From NCBI GenBank assembly GCA_037441705.1, contig JBBIRR010000002.1, forward strand, positions 1-64,000: a DNA stretch of 64,000 nt. The letters run 5' to 3'. The translations under genes and the position numbers were made by a program. The notes beneath the pieces were generated by a model. The model made no database searches, had not been told where the DNA came from, and saw nothing but the letters and a program-made list of their open reading frames with translations. Shown piece by piece: positions 27,462-36,933 of this stretch; positions within the stretch are counted from its first letter, which is position 1, and each line of letters begins with the position of its first letter. Source of the stretch: Ignavibacteriales bacterium. Its GTDB lineage: Bacteria > Bacteroidota > Ignavibacteria > UBA10030 > UBA6906.

Positions 27462-30400
27462 ATGGCCGAGTACGACGACGCGCAGGAGCGACGAAGGAAG
27501 AGTGGCGAGTTTTTGAGACAGGCGGACAAGCTCTACAAGCTTGCCGACTATGAAGGGGCGCGTGAACTCGTCTCCAAAGCCATGGCCGCCGATCCTCAGA
27601 ATCCGTACGCGCTGGCATACCGCGAGCGCGTTGAGTATGCCCTGCAACAACGGAAGGCGTCGCCTTCAGCACCGAGCACCCAGCCGCAAGATGTGCCATC
27701 CAAACCCACCCTGACATTCCAGCAACCGCTCCGCCCCGGTAGTGCTGAAAGTGATCTGCTGCCTTCGGAGAGTGGCCGGCGGGAGGCAGCATCTCGATCC
27801 TTCGACGTTGACGTGCTTTCCCCGGAAGTGCGCTTTGAACGAGAAGCGATACGAAAGGCGGAAGAAGAGCAACGCCGTCTTGCCGATGAATCCCGACAGA
27901 AAATCGAAGCCGAGTTGACGCGTCAGCGGGCATTAGTGGAAGCGGCGCTGAAGGTGGAAGAGGCGCGCAAGAAGTCCGATGCCGAAAGTGCCCGTCAGCG
28001 TGCGGAGCTGGAAGCCAAACTCCGGCGGATTGAAGCGGAGAGCGCACGTCTGGCCGCCGAGGCAGAACGAAAGGCCGCCGAGATCGAGATGCGACGGCGC
28101 GCCGAAGAAGAGCGGCGGAGGGTTGAGGAACAGCAGCGACGTCGTGCCGAAGAGGCACGCCGGAAGGCCGAAGAGGAATTGGAACGCCAGCGTCTGGAGC
28201 TGGAAGCGATTATCAAGGCGGGAGAGGAAGAGAAGCGCAAGATCGCCGAGGAAGCACTGCGGAAAGCCGAAGAAGCGCAACGACGTGCAGAAGAGGAGAT
28301 TGCGCGCCAGCGCATGGAGATGGAACGCAGGCTGCGGGAAGAGGAAGAGGAACGCAAGCGTGTTGCTGCCGAAGCGCAACGGAAGGCGGAAGAAGAAATC
28401 CGACGCGTGACCGAAGAAACCCGCCGCATGGCCGAAGCAGAGCTTGCGCGTCAACGGGCGGAACTCGAGGCGATCATCAAGGCAGGAGAGCTGGAGCGCA
28501 GAAAAATTGCGGAGGAAGCCATCCGCCAGGCCGAGGAGGTGAAACGACGCGCAGAGGAAGAAGCGCGGCGCATTGCGGACGAAGCGCGACGCAGGGCAGA
28601 AGAAGAAGAACTGCTGCGCATTGCCGAGGAGACGCGGCGCAAGGAAGAAGAGGAGCAGCGCCGGTTGGCCGAAGAAGCCCGGCGGCGCGCCGAAGAGGAG
28701 TGGAAGAAGGCAGAAGCAGAGCTGGCGCGTCAACGCGAGATCATCGAAGCAGCCCTGAGAGCCGAAGAGCTACGGCGGCAACGCGAGGAAGAGGAGGCGC
28801 GAAGACGAGCGGAAGAGGAAGCGCGTCGGCGCGCAGAAGAAGAGGCACGCCAGCGTGAGATCGAAGAGGCGCATCGCCGGGCGGAAGAGGAAATCCGCCG
28901 CAAGTTGGAGGAGGCGACGCTCAAGCTGGAAGAGGAGCGTCGGCGTTACGAGGAGGAGAAGCAGGCGCGCATTCGAGCCGAACAGTTGATGAAACGCGAA
29001 GAAGAGGAACGGCGTCTGCAGGCCGAGCGTCAGCTCCGTCAGGAAGAGGAAGCGGCGCGCAAACGCATTGCCGAAGAGGCGCGCCGCAAGCTGGAGGAAG
29101 AACGCAAACGGATTGAAGCGGAGGCGCAGGCCCAACTCGAAGCGGAGCGCAAACGCCTGGAGGATGAGCTGCGGGCGCGCCTTGAAGAACAACATCGCAA
29201 GCTGGAAGAAGAACGGCGGCGGATTCAGCAGGAACTTGAGGCGAAACGACGAGCGGAGGAGGCCGAGCGGAAACGTTTGGAGGAGGAACTCCGTCGCCTC
29301 ATGCAACAGGTCCCTCGCACGCCCGAAGCGGCCGACGGCACGGGGCAAGCCGGTGAAGAACAGCGCAAAACCATTCCGGTGCAACAGAAGCCGTCGGCAG
29401 GTATTGATTTGCAGGCCGAACACACGCGGATGGCGGAGGAACTGCAGGCAAAGCTGGAAGAGGAGCGTCGCCGACGGGAACAGGAGGAAGAGGAACAGCG
29501 GCAGGCGCTCGAGGAGAAGCGGCGCGCTGAGGAAGAAGAACAGCGCCGCATCGAGCTTGACTATCAGCGTCAGATCGAGGAAGAGCGTCGTCGCCTCGAG
29601 GAAGAACAACGCAAGCGTTTGGCTGCCGAACAGCTCCGCATAGAACTTGAAGCAAAACGCAAGGCGGAAGAAGAAGTCCGACGCCGTGAGGAGGAGGCAC
29701 AGCGTCTCCTGCAGGAAAAGAAGCGGAAGGAAGAGGAAGCGGAGCGACTGCGCCAGGCAGAGTTGGAGCGGCTCAAGCGCGAGGAGGAAGAACACACGCG
29801 CAACCACCAGGAAGCGGTGCGCGCAGCGATCGCCGAAGGCAGGCGCCTTGCCCAGCAGAAGAAAATGCGGATGTACTTCGAAGCGGCGCGCAGATTTCTC
29901 GCCGAGCAGCGCTTCGAAGAAGCGGTAAAAGAAGTGACGAAGGTGTATCTCATCTCGCCCGACAACGAGGAGGCGAAACGGCTTGAAACGGAAATTTACA
30001 ATGCCCGTCAGGCCCAGGCCAAACGGAGAGAGGGGGCGCGGCGCTGGCGCGAGGAGCATCTCCGCAAAGTTGAATCGCTTCAGAAAGAGCTTGCAGAGTT
30101 CGCCGTGAAGGAACGCGAGGAACAGGAGAAGCGCGCGATCCGCAAAGCAAAAATCGACGCATGCCTCAAACGCGTGGAGGAGTTCTACCGTCACCGCCAG
30201 TACGACAAAGCCCGAGCGGAAATCGAGACGGTGTATGCTATCGATCCGGCCAATACGCGGGCGCAAGACCTTGAGATGGATATCCTGAACGAGACGCACC
30301 GGAAAGAGGAGGCGCGTCGCGTGTTCGAGCAGCGCTCGCAGCGCGGTCTGCTCTGGAAACGCGAGGAAGAAGCGCGTGAGCGCACCATGAACGAACGCCG

Positions 30401-30728
30401 CGCCGCTCTCCGAAAAGAATCGGTTACCCTCTACCGCAGCTTCCTCAAGCACTCCTGGTCGGAGGGGATTCCCGGTGAAGAGGAGACGGCGCTGCTCAAA
30501 GCCGTCCGTGCGTCGCTTGGGATAAGCGAGAACGACCACGATATTATGGAACGTTCGATCCGGCGCGAGGCATACGCAGAGGCACTTCGTCGTGCAGCAG
30601 CGGAGGGAGGGATTTCCCTCAGCGATCCCAAGGCGACCGATCGCCTGCGCGAAGATTTCGGCATCTCACTCGATCAGCACGCAGCGATCGTCGAGAACCT
30701 CAGGCGCGGTGGCGAGGTACGCGACTAA
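27462..30728 (+). CDS. Large E/R/A-rich coiled-coil/single-alpha-helix protein with TPR-like hairpins and a duplicated C-terminal helical motif
   Basis: Several hundred residues of EEE/RRR alternation; TPR-like A..DP.N turns; twin LGIS/FGIS..H motifs. Confidence 0.8.
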   Translation: MAEYDDAQERRRKSGEFLRQADKLYKLADYEGARELVSKAMAADPQNPYALAYRERVEYALQQRKASPSAPSTQPQDVPSKPTLTFQQPLRPGSAESDLLPSESGRREAASRSFDVDVLSPEVRFEREAIRKAEEEQRRLADESRQKIEAELTRQRALVEAALKVEEARKKSDAESARQRAELEAKLRRIEAESARLAAEAERKAAEIEMRRRAEEERRRVEEQQRRRAEEARRKAEEELERQRLELEAIIKAGEEEKRKIAEEALRKAEEAQRRAEEEIARQRMEMERRLREEEEERKRVAAEAQRKAEEEIRRVTEETRRMAEAELARQRAELEAIIKAGELERRKIAEEAIRQAEEVKRRAEEEARRIADEARRRAEEEELLRIAEETRRKEEEEQRRLAEEARRRAEEEWKKAEAELARQREIIEAALRAEELRRQREEEEARRRAEEEARRRAEEEARQREIEEAHRRAEEEIRRKLEEATLKLEEERRRYEEEKQARIRAEQLMKREEEERRLQAERQLRQEEEAARKRIAEEARRKLEEERKRIEAEAQAQLEAERKRLEDELRARLEEQHRKLEEERRRIQQELEAKRRAEEAERKRLEEELRRLMQQVPRTPEAADGTGQAGEEQRKTIPVQQKPSAGIDLQAEHTRMAEELQAKLEEERRRREQEEEEQRQALEEKRRAEEEEQRRIELDYQRQIEEERRRLEEEQRKRLAAEQLRIELEAKRKAEEEVRRREEEAQRLLQEKKRKEEEAERLRQAELERLKREEEEHTRNHQEAVRAAIAEGRRLAQQKKMRMYFEAARRFLAEQRFEEAVKEVTKVYLISPDNEEAKRLETEIYNARQAQAKRREGARRWREEHLRKVESLQKELAEFAVKEREEQEKRAIRKAKIDACLKRVEEFYRHRQYDKARAEIETVYAIDPANTRAQDLEMDILNETHRKEEARRVFEQRSQRGLLWKREEEARERTMNERRAALRKESVTLYRSFLKHSWSEGIPGEEETALLKAVRASLGISENDHDIMERSIRREAYAEALRRAAAEGGISLSDPKATDRLREDFGISLDQHAAIVENLRRGGEVRD

Positions 30729-31581
30729 GGCGCCGGCAGAGGATGAGACGACGGTAGGCGACCGAAGCCAACGCGACGGCATTCCCGACGATGACGTTCA
30801 AAACGAGGTACAGCTCCAGACGGTTGAGCAGCGAGAAAAGCGTCAGCACGCCAAGTTCGGTTCCCATCCCCATCATTCCGGAGAGACGCAGACCAACTAC
30901 ATCGCCGTACCACAGCGCGTCAGTCCTTTCATCTCCCTTCAATTCCCTGCGGCACCATAAGTCGAGCCGAGCAACAATCCTATCCTGCCAACCATATACC
31001 ACCTGAAAGAGCCGCTGCAGCGTCAGTGTCGTACCACCCGCGTTGAGATCCTCTTCTTGAATTTCTTCCGTCAACCGGTTCGTGGTGTAACGGTTCTGAA
31101 GATGGAGGAACGCGGTGTGGTAGAATACGTGATACGACACGCGAAACGTTGTTCCAAGAAATGCAAGTGCAGCGAGAATGATGAGATGCAGCGAGCCGGT
31201 GTCGGCAAACAGCCTGTAACCGATGGCGGCAAAAACCGCAAGATTCACGGTGACATCAACGAGTGAGTCGAGGAAGCGACCGCTGCGGCTCGTTTGCTGC
31301 TTCGCGCGCGCAAGTTGTCCATCGGCGGAGTCGAGAACGTCCTTGAGCGTAACGAGAAGTCCGGCCGCAATCACATCCGAAGACGACCCTTGAGCGTAGA
31401 AGTATGCAGCGATGATACCTGCAGCCAGAGAGGCGAGTGTCAGATGTTGTGGTGTGACGGCGGTGTAATACAGCGGCCACACAATCAAGCCGGCAAGCGG
31501 CCGGATGAGGTACGTGTTGATCGGTTCATCGGAAAGATCCGATTTAACCGATGCGCTGTAGGAATAGCGTCCCGTTCTCAC
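30700..31581 (-). CDS. CDP-alcohol phosphatidyltransferase family protein
   Basis: VTPQHLT, DVLDSADGQLARAKQQTSRSGRFLDSLVD; GTG start overlaps the upstream stop (GTGA). Confidence 0.88.
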   Translation of the reverse strand: MRTGRYSYSASVKSDLSDEPINTYLIRPLAGLIVWPLYYTAVTPQHLTLASLAAGIIAAYFYAQGSSSDVIAAGLLVTLKDVLDSADGQLARAKQQTSRSGRFLDSLVDVTVNLAVFAAIGYRLFADTGSLHLIILAALAFLGTTFRVSYHVFYHTAFLHLQNRYTTNRLTEEIQEEDLNAGGTTLTLQRLFQVVYGWQDRIVARLDLWCRRELKGDERTDALWYGDVVGLRLSGMMGMGTELGVLTLFSLLNRLELYLVLNVIVGNAVALASVAYRRLILCRRLSRVPRHRA

Positions 31582-32297
31582 GGCAACTGTCGCACAAGGT
31601 GTTCGGCTGCAGCCAAATCCTCCGGCGTGTCGATCTCGACACAAGGAAGACCGCCGCTGTCCACAGCGTGGATACGCACGCCGCCGTCAATGAGTTCCTG
31701 AAACGACGCTTCGTAAAACTCGTCGTACACATGACGGCGGGCAAGCACATCGAAGAGTCGGGCGGCAACCGGCGCCGAGAATCTCTCGATGCCTAATGAC
31801 TCGCCTGCGGCTTTGGCGGGATCCAGCTGCTTGCCGATGCGGGTGACCGCTCCGCTGCCATCGAGCTCGCATTTGATTTCTTCATGCCCGAGTGTGTTGG
31901 TTGTTCGGAGAATGAGGGCATCGGAGTGTTGGGATGCGAGCAGCCGCGTCAGAATGTGGGGATGGAAGAGAATGTCGGCATCCAACAAAACAATCTCCTC
32001 GCCGCTTACCGCCGGACGCGCCAGCCAGAGCGAGTAGTTGTTGTTCGTTTCTGCAAATGCAGGATTGTGGATGAACTCGACGGCAAGCGGCGGATGAAGT
32101 CTTCTGACAAACTCCTCGATCTTTTCCTGCAAATAGCCGGTGACGATCACGCACCGGCCGAGTCCGGCAGAGGTGAGCGCTTCGAGGCTGCGCTGCAGCA
32201 GGGGCTTGCCGCCGACCGGAAGAAGAGCCTTCGGCAGGGTCTCGGTCAGAGGGCGAAGACGCAGACCGATTCCTGCGGCAAGAATTATTCCCGTCAT
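31578..32297 (-). CDS. NTP transferase, phosphocholine/inositol-phosphate cytidylyltransferase-like (LicC/IPCT-like)
   Basis: ILAAGIGLRLRPLT..LPKALL, NP.FAETNN.YSLWLA, DADI, GESLGI, EIDTPED. Confidence 0.88.
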   Translation of the reverse strand: MTGIILAAGIGLRLRPLTETLPKALLPVGGKPLLQRSLEALTSAGLGRCVIVTGYLQEKIEEFVRRLHPPLAVEFIHNPAFAETNNNYSLWLARPAVSGEEIVLLDADILFHPHILTRLLASQHSDALILRTTNTLGHEEIKCELDGSGAVTRIGKQLDPAKAAGESLGIERFSAPVAARLFDVLARRHVYDEFYEASFQELIDGGVRIHAVDSGGLPCVEIDTPEDLAAAEHLVRQLP

Positions 32298-33355
32298 TCT
32301 GCTTCGGTCTCCACACGCGCGGCGAGTGCTTCGGCAACCTCCTGAAACGCGGCGATGACCCGTCGGTTCTGATCCCGCGTGCCGATGGTGATGCGCATGC
32401 AGTCGGTGACGCCCGGATCATCCAAAAATTTTACAATGATACCGCGTTGCTTCAGGCCTTCTTGCAGTTCTCTTTTGTGTTCCGATGGATAACGTACGAG
32501 CATGAAGTTGGCGTCCGACGCGAACGCTTTGAAGCCTTCCAGCTTGTTCAGCTCTTCGAAATACATGGCTTTGTCTTCGCGCATATACTGCGTGATACGC
32601 TCATAGTACGGCTTGTCCGAGAGTGCTGCAAGGGCGATCTGCTCCGTGAGCTGGTTGTAGCCGAGATAGCGGGCGCTGAATTCGATCAGGTGCGTCAGGT
32701 CGGAACCGACACACGCATAGCCGATACGCAGACCCGCCAGCGCGTAGTACTTCGAAAACGTTCGCAGGACCACCAACCGGCTGTGTGCATCAAGGAGTTT
32801 CTTGAGAGGATCGTCGGCCGAGTTTTCAAAACCAAAATATGCCTCATCGAGAACAATGTAGGACGAAGAGCAGCGATCAATCAGGCGTGTGAGATCGTCG
32901 CGCTTCATCGTGCTTCCGGTGGGATTGTTCGGCGAGGCAACGAGGATGAGATGGGGCCGATGCCGATGATAGAGGGTGATAATTTCATCCACATCAAACT
33001 CAAACCGATAGCCGCGTTCGTACAGCGGATATTCGACATGATCACCGTGGACCTCCTGTGCGATCCTCTTGTAATACCACCACGATTGCTGCGGCAGCAG
33101 AAGGCGCTCGCCCTGATGCAGATAACAGTGTACCACCTGTTTCAGCATGTCCTCGCTGCCGTAGCTGAGCAGGACCCGCTCCTCGGGGATGCCGATCTCG
33201 TCGGCGAGGCGCTGCGATAGCTGGCTCTTGCGACCTTTGGCAAAGTCCCGCGAGTACAGGCTGAGCTGTTCGAGATTTGCCTCCTGCAGCACGCGATAGC
33301 ATGCAGGCGCGGGGCCGTATTGGTTTTCGTTGCGATCCAGAATGATCTGACCCAT
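32294..33355 (-). CDS. PLP-dependent class I/II enzyme (HisC/CobD-like aminotransferase or decarboxylase)
   Basis: LDRNENQYG, SPNNPTG, LDEAY, LRTFSKYYALAGLRIGY, SDANF, RITIG. Confidence 0.88.
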   Translation of the reverse strand: MGQIILDRNENQYGPAPACYRVLQEANLEQLSLYSRDFAKGRKSQLSQRLADEIGIPEERVLLSYGSEDMLKQVVHCYLHQGERLLLPQQSWWYYKRIAQEVHGDHVEYPLYERGYRFEFDVDEIITLYHRHRPHLILVASPNNPTGSTMKRDDLTRLIDRCSSSYIVLDEAYFGFENSADDPLKKLLDAHSRLVVLRTFSKYYALAGLRIGYACVGSDLTHLIEFSARYLGYNQLTEQIALAALSDKPYYERITQYMREDKAMYFEELNKLEGFKAFASDANFMLVRYPSEHKRELQEGLKQRGIIVKFLDDPGVTDCMRITIGTRDQNRRVIAAFQEVAEALAARVETEAE

Positions 33356-33427
33356 AGTATGCCTTTCAGCGGAGATGATAGGTGGTTCGTGATGCTTGTG
33401 GTATGAAGGCACTGCCATCGTACGAGT

Positions 33428-34318
33428 TTAGGCTGCCATCGGGGTTGTTCCAAGTTTGGCGGCGTCCGATGCCTGGTGCAGACGCCTGTCCACTTTACGT
33501 TGCCAGACAACCAATGTCGCGAGATAAAGATTCGCCGGGATGACGACGAGCCAGCAAAACCAGTCGGGGTGCGCGACGATTCCTGCAATCATCAGCAGCG
33601 TGCGATTCGTGGTCGGTCCCATCCAGGTCCACCAGCGCATGATGCGTTTGGAATGCGCGCGATACCTTGCGGGCGTGGACTCGCCGGCGGGCATGCTGCT
33701 GACGGGTGCTCCTTCCTGTGCTTTCATGTACCATAGGTATGTGGACAGGACAAGTCGCCGCAGCGGCGAACGTGTCCGACCCATCTCGTGTGCAACCTTA
33801 TCGAGTTCGCGTTCGAGAAAATTGCGTTCGCCGCGAACCGTCGTAATGTACTCCTGCTGTCGCCTGTCGAACAGCATCGCATGATATCCCGAGAGCACAC
33901 CCGCGGCAATCGCCAGCAGCCAGTACAGCGGACTTCCGAAATAAGCCGACATGCCCATGCCCAGTCCGAAAAAGATCGCAACACTCGAGAGCCAATCTAC
34001 AACGCCATCAACGAGTCGTCCCAGGGGGGTTCCGCTTCGTTGGAGTCGCGCCAACATACCGTCGCCGCAATCCAGCACGTTGGCGATTGCATACCAGAAT
34101 GCGCCCCACAGGAATCCTGTCTCCGTTCCCTGCGCAAACTCTATGGCGGAAACAATGCCCGCAACAAGAGCCGCATACGTCATCTCATTGGGAGTAACGG
34201 GGAGACGATAGATGAGCTTGACGAGAACGAAAGCGATGGGTCGGTAGATAACGAGGTCGAGAATCTCTTCGACTTCGGCCATCTTGAGAGATTTTTTATA
34301 TTCTGCAGCGAGTGTCAT
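33428..34318 (-). CDS. CDP-alcohol phosphatidyltransferase family protein (second paralog)
   Basis: VTPNEMT, NVLDCGDGMLARLQRSGTPLGRLVDGVVD. Confidence 0.88.
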   Translation of the reverse strand: MTLAAEYKKSLKMAEVEEILDLVIYRPIAFVLVKLIYRLPVTPNEMTYAALVAGIVSAIEFAQGTETGFLWGAFWYAIANVLDCGDGMLARLQRSGTPLGRLVDGVVDWLSSVAIFFGLGMGMSAYFGSPLYWLLAIAAGVLSGYHAMLFDRRQQEYITTVRGERNFLERELDKVAHEMGRTRSPLRRLVLSTYLWYMKAQEGAPVSSMPAGESTPARYRAHSKRIMRWWTWMGPTTNRTLLMIAGIVAHPDWFCWLVVIPANLYLATLVVWQRKVDRRLHQASDAAKLGTTPMAA

Positions 34319-34689
34319 GAATGATCCCCCGGATCAGATACTGAACTATGGAAGGGAAGCGCGCACGGTGAAGCACACTCCCCTCGTTCAGGCGAATCCT
34401 CGTCGGTCGCGCTGCGCCAAGTATATGCGTGTTGCCTACGAGAACGAAGATGGTGACGGCATACGGAACGACGGGCGTTCAACGCGCGATGGTCGTGAGG
34501 ATGATCGAAGAACGATAGTGTTTTGACGGGACGCCTGAAATGTCGACATCAATCTAACAAACGTTCGGGAGAGTTGAAAGTGCCGGTCGTTCTGCAACAA
34601 CGCACTCCTGCAACTTTCCCTTGAATCGGGAGCGTAAGTTCCTGATATTAAGGCGTATTGGAGTTTCCAGAAAACCGTGGAGGAATGGC

Positions 34690-36915
34690 ATGAACCGACT
34701 CGCTGCACTGTTCTTGATTGTTCTTGTACTCTCGGGGTGCGCCGCATACAAGGAGCTTTCCCCGTCGCCCGAACTCTCTCCTGCCGAGCGCGGGTACATC
34801 GAGTTGAAGGATGATGACGAGAACTTTAGGTTGGAGAAGGACAAGAAGTACTTCATAAAATTCCCGCGACCGGAGCGCAATCAGTTCTATCTTGTGTTGA
34901 AGCTCTCCGCCAAACGCACGCTGGAGTACTACCTGACATCGCAGTTCGAGAACGGCGAGGGTCCACGACAGGAAATACGAGACGAAGCCGCGGCGAACGA
35001 TTCCCTCAGCGTCTATGCGATCGACACATCGGTGCCGACATACTACTGGGTGGTCGAACAGGTGCGCAGCGATGTCGAGCTGGTGATGAAGTACAGGTAT
35101 GTTCCTCAATGGCGTTTCACGTTCGAAAACAAATACACCGAGTACAAAGGCGTTCTGACGAACAACCTCGTGGATCGTTCCACCTACAACTCCATCGACC
35201 GCACATTTGACTTTTCGAGCTTTCCGTTCGCCGAGCGCATAGCGCTGCTGCGTGCCACGAGCAAGAACGTGCGCTCCGTACAGGAGGAATTGGAACGCCT
35301 GCAGAGCGTGTTTCCCCCGAATATCGCCGCGACGCGGGACACCGCGTATGAACAGTACGTTGAGTTGAAGAATCAGACCGACAATGAATATCAATTCCAG
35401 CAGAACTATCTGAACGTCCTGACGGTCTTCAGCAAAGAGCGAGAGACGCAAGGCAACGTCGGGAGGTTTCTGCAATCCGCACCGACATTTGCTGAGTTCC
35501 TCGGTGAAGGCTCGCGCTATCCTGCGCCGATTCTGGAAAAGGCCCGCGATGTTTTCTCGCGGCGTTTGAATGATGCCCCAGGCTACTTTGACGACCAATT
35601 GCGCGCAAAGCGTGATACGAGGAAGATCGTCTTCGACCCGCCCCTCGCGAATGCGAAGCGATTGTACGACGCCCTTGGCAGCACGCCGCCGTCGGAATTT
35701 CGCAGCGTGATGGATTTTGTGGAACGCTACAACGTCGAAGCAGAGGCCATGCAATCGGTGCAGGAGAAGTTCCGTCAGATTGATAATGCCTTTGCCGTGA
35801 ATCCGCCCTGGAGTTCGGAGGCGTTCTATGTCGATTTGATCGGCAAGGTGGCGGATATTCGCGCACGGATTCCCGAATCGCGTGCGGTGACGTTCGATCG
35901 GTACGGACGGTACAGCTGCGCAATGCTGCTCGATGCGGACATCAGAAACGCAGCGGCGCGCGCCGAGCTTTCGGATCGGGTGTTCTCGCTCGGACAACAA
36001 TTCGTGCAGCGCCTGAACGCCAACGCGTGGGCAAGCGCGGAAGGGACGATGAAAGAGATTCACTTTACCTCTGTGCCTACCGGCATCACAGCTGTTGCCG
36101 ATCAGAAAGCGAAACTCGTGCGGGCGTTCGAGTCTGAACTCTTCAATCGGGTCAAAGTTGTCTCGCAGCAGCGCGTGGACGCGTTCGTGAAGGCGCACGA
36201 AGCCGCCATTGATAATGTGCCGGCGCTGTATAAGGATTCCGCCTTTGTTCCCGCGTATACGATCACCTTCAGCACGATGGGCGATGCGGAAGTTCAGCGC
36301 AAGCGCAAGGAGGTGCAGGATTATATCGACCGGCTGAAGTACAACGATTTTCCCGCGGCGTCCATTCGCGCTATCTACCGCGATTTCTCGCGCAACATCA
36401 ACGATCGAGGGGTTGACCGCGCACGCGCCATCGTGGAACACGGGCGGTTCTACAAAGGCGAGGACAAGCAGTTGCGTTCCATCGTGAACGAGTGCGACCC
36501 TACAGTGGCAAAATGGATCGTGAAACCGAAAGAATACCGCAAGCTGTACGCGCTTCCGGTAACGACCAATCGCGCAGGAGTCAATGAGTATCTCTTTCGC
36601 GTCCAGTTGCAAATTCCGTCGGAGGCACAATTTCCGGTGTTCGAGATCAATGTAAAACTGCCGCAGGAGATCGCCGCGAAGGCAGGCACGGAGCAGTGGT
36701 ACGAATCCATCACGATCAACAACACGCCGATCAAGAACGAAGGTCGGTTCACGATCACGGCACCGACTGCCGCGAACGACTACGAGTCGCAAATCTCGCC
36801 GGTACAGATGGATAAGGAGGGGCGCAACATCCTGGAGATTCGCTTCAAATACCCCGGCTTCAAGGTCTTTGAAATCAGCACCATGGCGCAGGTGCCCATC
36901 ATCCGAAAGAACTGA
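34690..36915 (+). CDS. Large hypothetical lipoprotein
   Basis: MNRLAALFLIVLVLSGC lipobox; GGAGG RBS; first gene of the ABC-like operon. Confidence 0.8.
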   Translation: MNRLAALFLIVLVLSGCAAYKELSPSPELSPAERGYIELKDDDENFRLEKDKKYFIKFPRPERNQFYLVLKLSAKRTLEYYLTSQFENGEGPRQEIRDEAAANDSLSVYAIDTSVPTYYWVVEQVRSDVELVMKYRYVPQWRFTFENKYTEYKGVLTNNLVDRSTYNSIDRTFDFSSFPFAERIALLRATSKNVRSVQEELERLQSVFPPNIAATRDTAYEQYVELKNQTDNEYQFQQNYLNVLTVFSKERETQGNVGRFLQSAPTFAEFLGEGSRYPAPILEKARDVFSRRLNDAPGYFDDQLRAKRDTRKIVFDPPLANAKRLYDALGSTPPSEFRSVMDFVERYNVEAEAMQSVQEKFRQIDNAFAVNPPWSSEAFYVDLIGKVADIRARIPESRAVTFDRYGRYSCAMLLDADIRNAAARAELSDRVFSLGQQFVQRLNANAWASAEGTMKEIHFTSVPTGITAVADQKAKLVRAFESELFNRVKVVSQQRVDAFVKAHEAAIDNVPALYKDSAFVPAYTITFSTMGDAEVQRKRKEVQDYIDRLKYNDFPAASIRAIYRDFSRNINDRGVDRARAIVEHGRFYKGEDKQLRSIVNECDPTVAKWIVKPKEYRKLYALPVTTNRAGVNEYLFRVQLQIPSEAQFPVFEINVKLPQEIAAKAGTEQWYESITINNTPIKNEGRFTITAPTAANDYESQISPVQMDKEGRNILEIRFKYPGFKVFEISTMAQVPIIRKN

Positions 36916-36933
36916 TCAATCCGGAGCAAGAGT

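Noticed and set aside
27933-30539. Long minus-strand ORFs (up to 589 aa) opposite the E/R-rich gene
   Set aside because: L/F/S-rich shadows produced by low-complexity GAA/GAG/CGC codons on the plus strand
34648-36792. 714-aa minus-strand ORF
   Set aside because: Antisense shadow of the lipoprotein gene, which has an RBS, a lipobox and operon context
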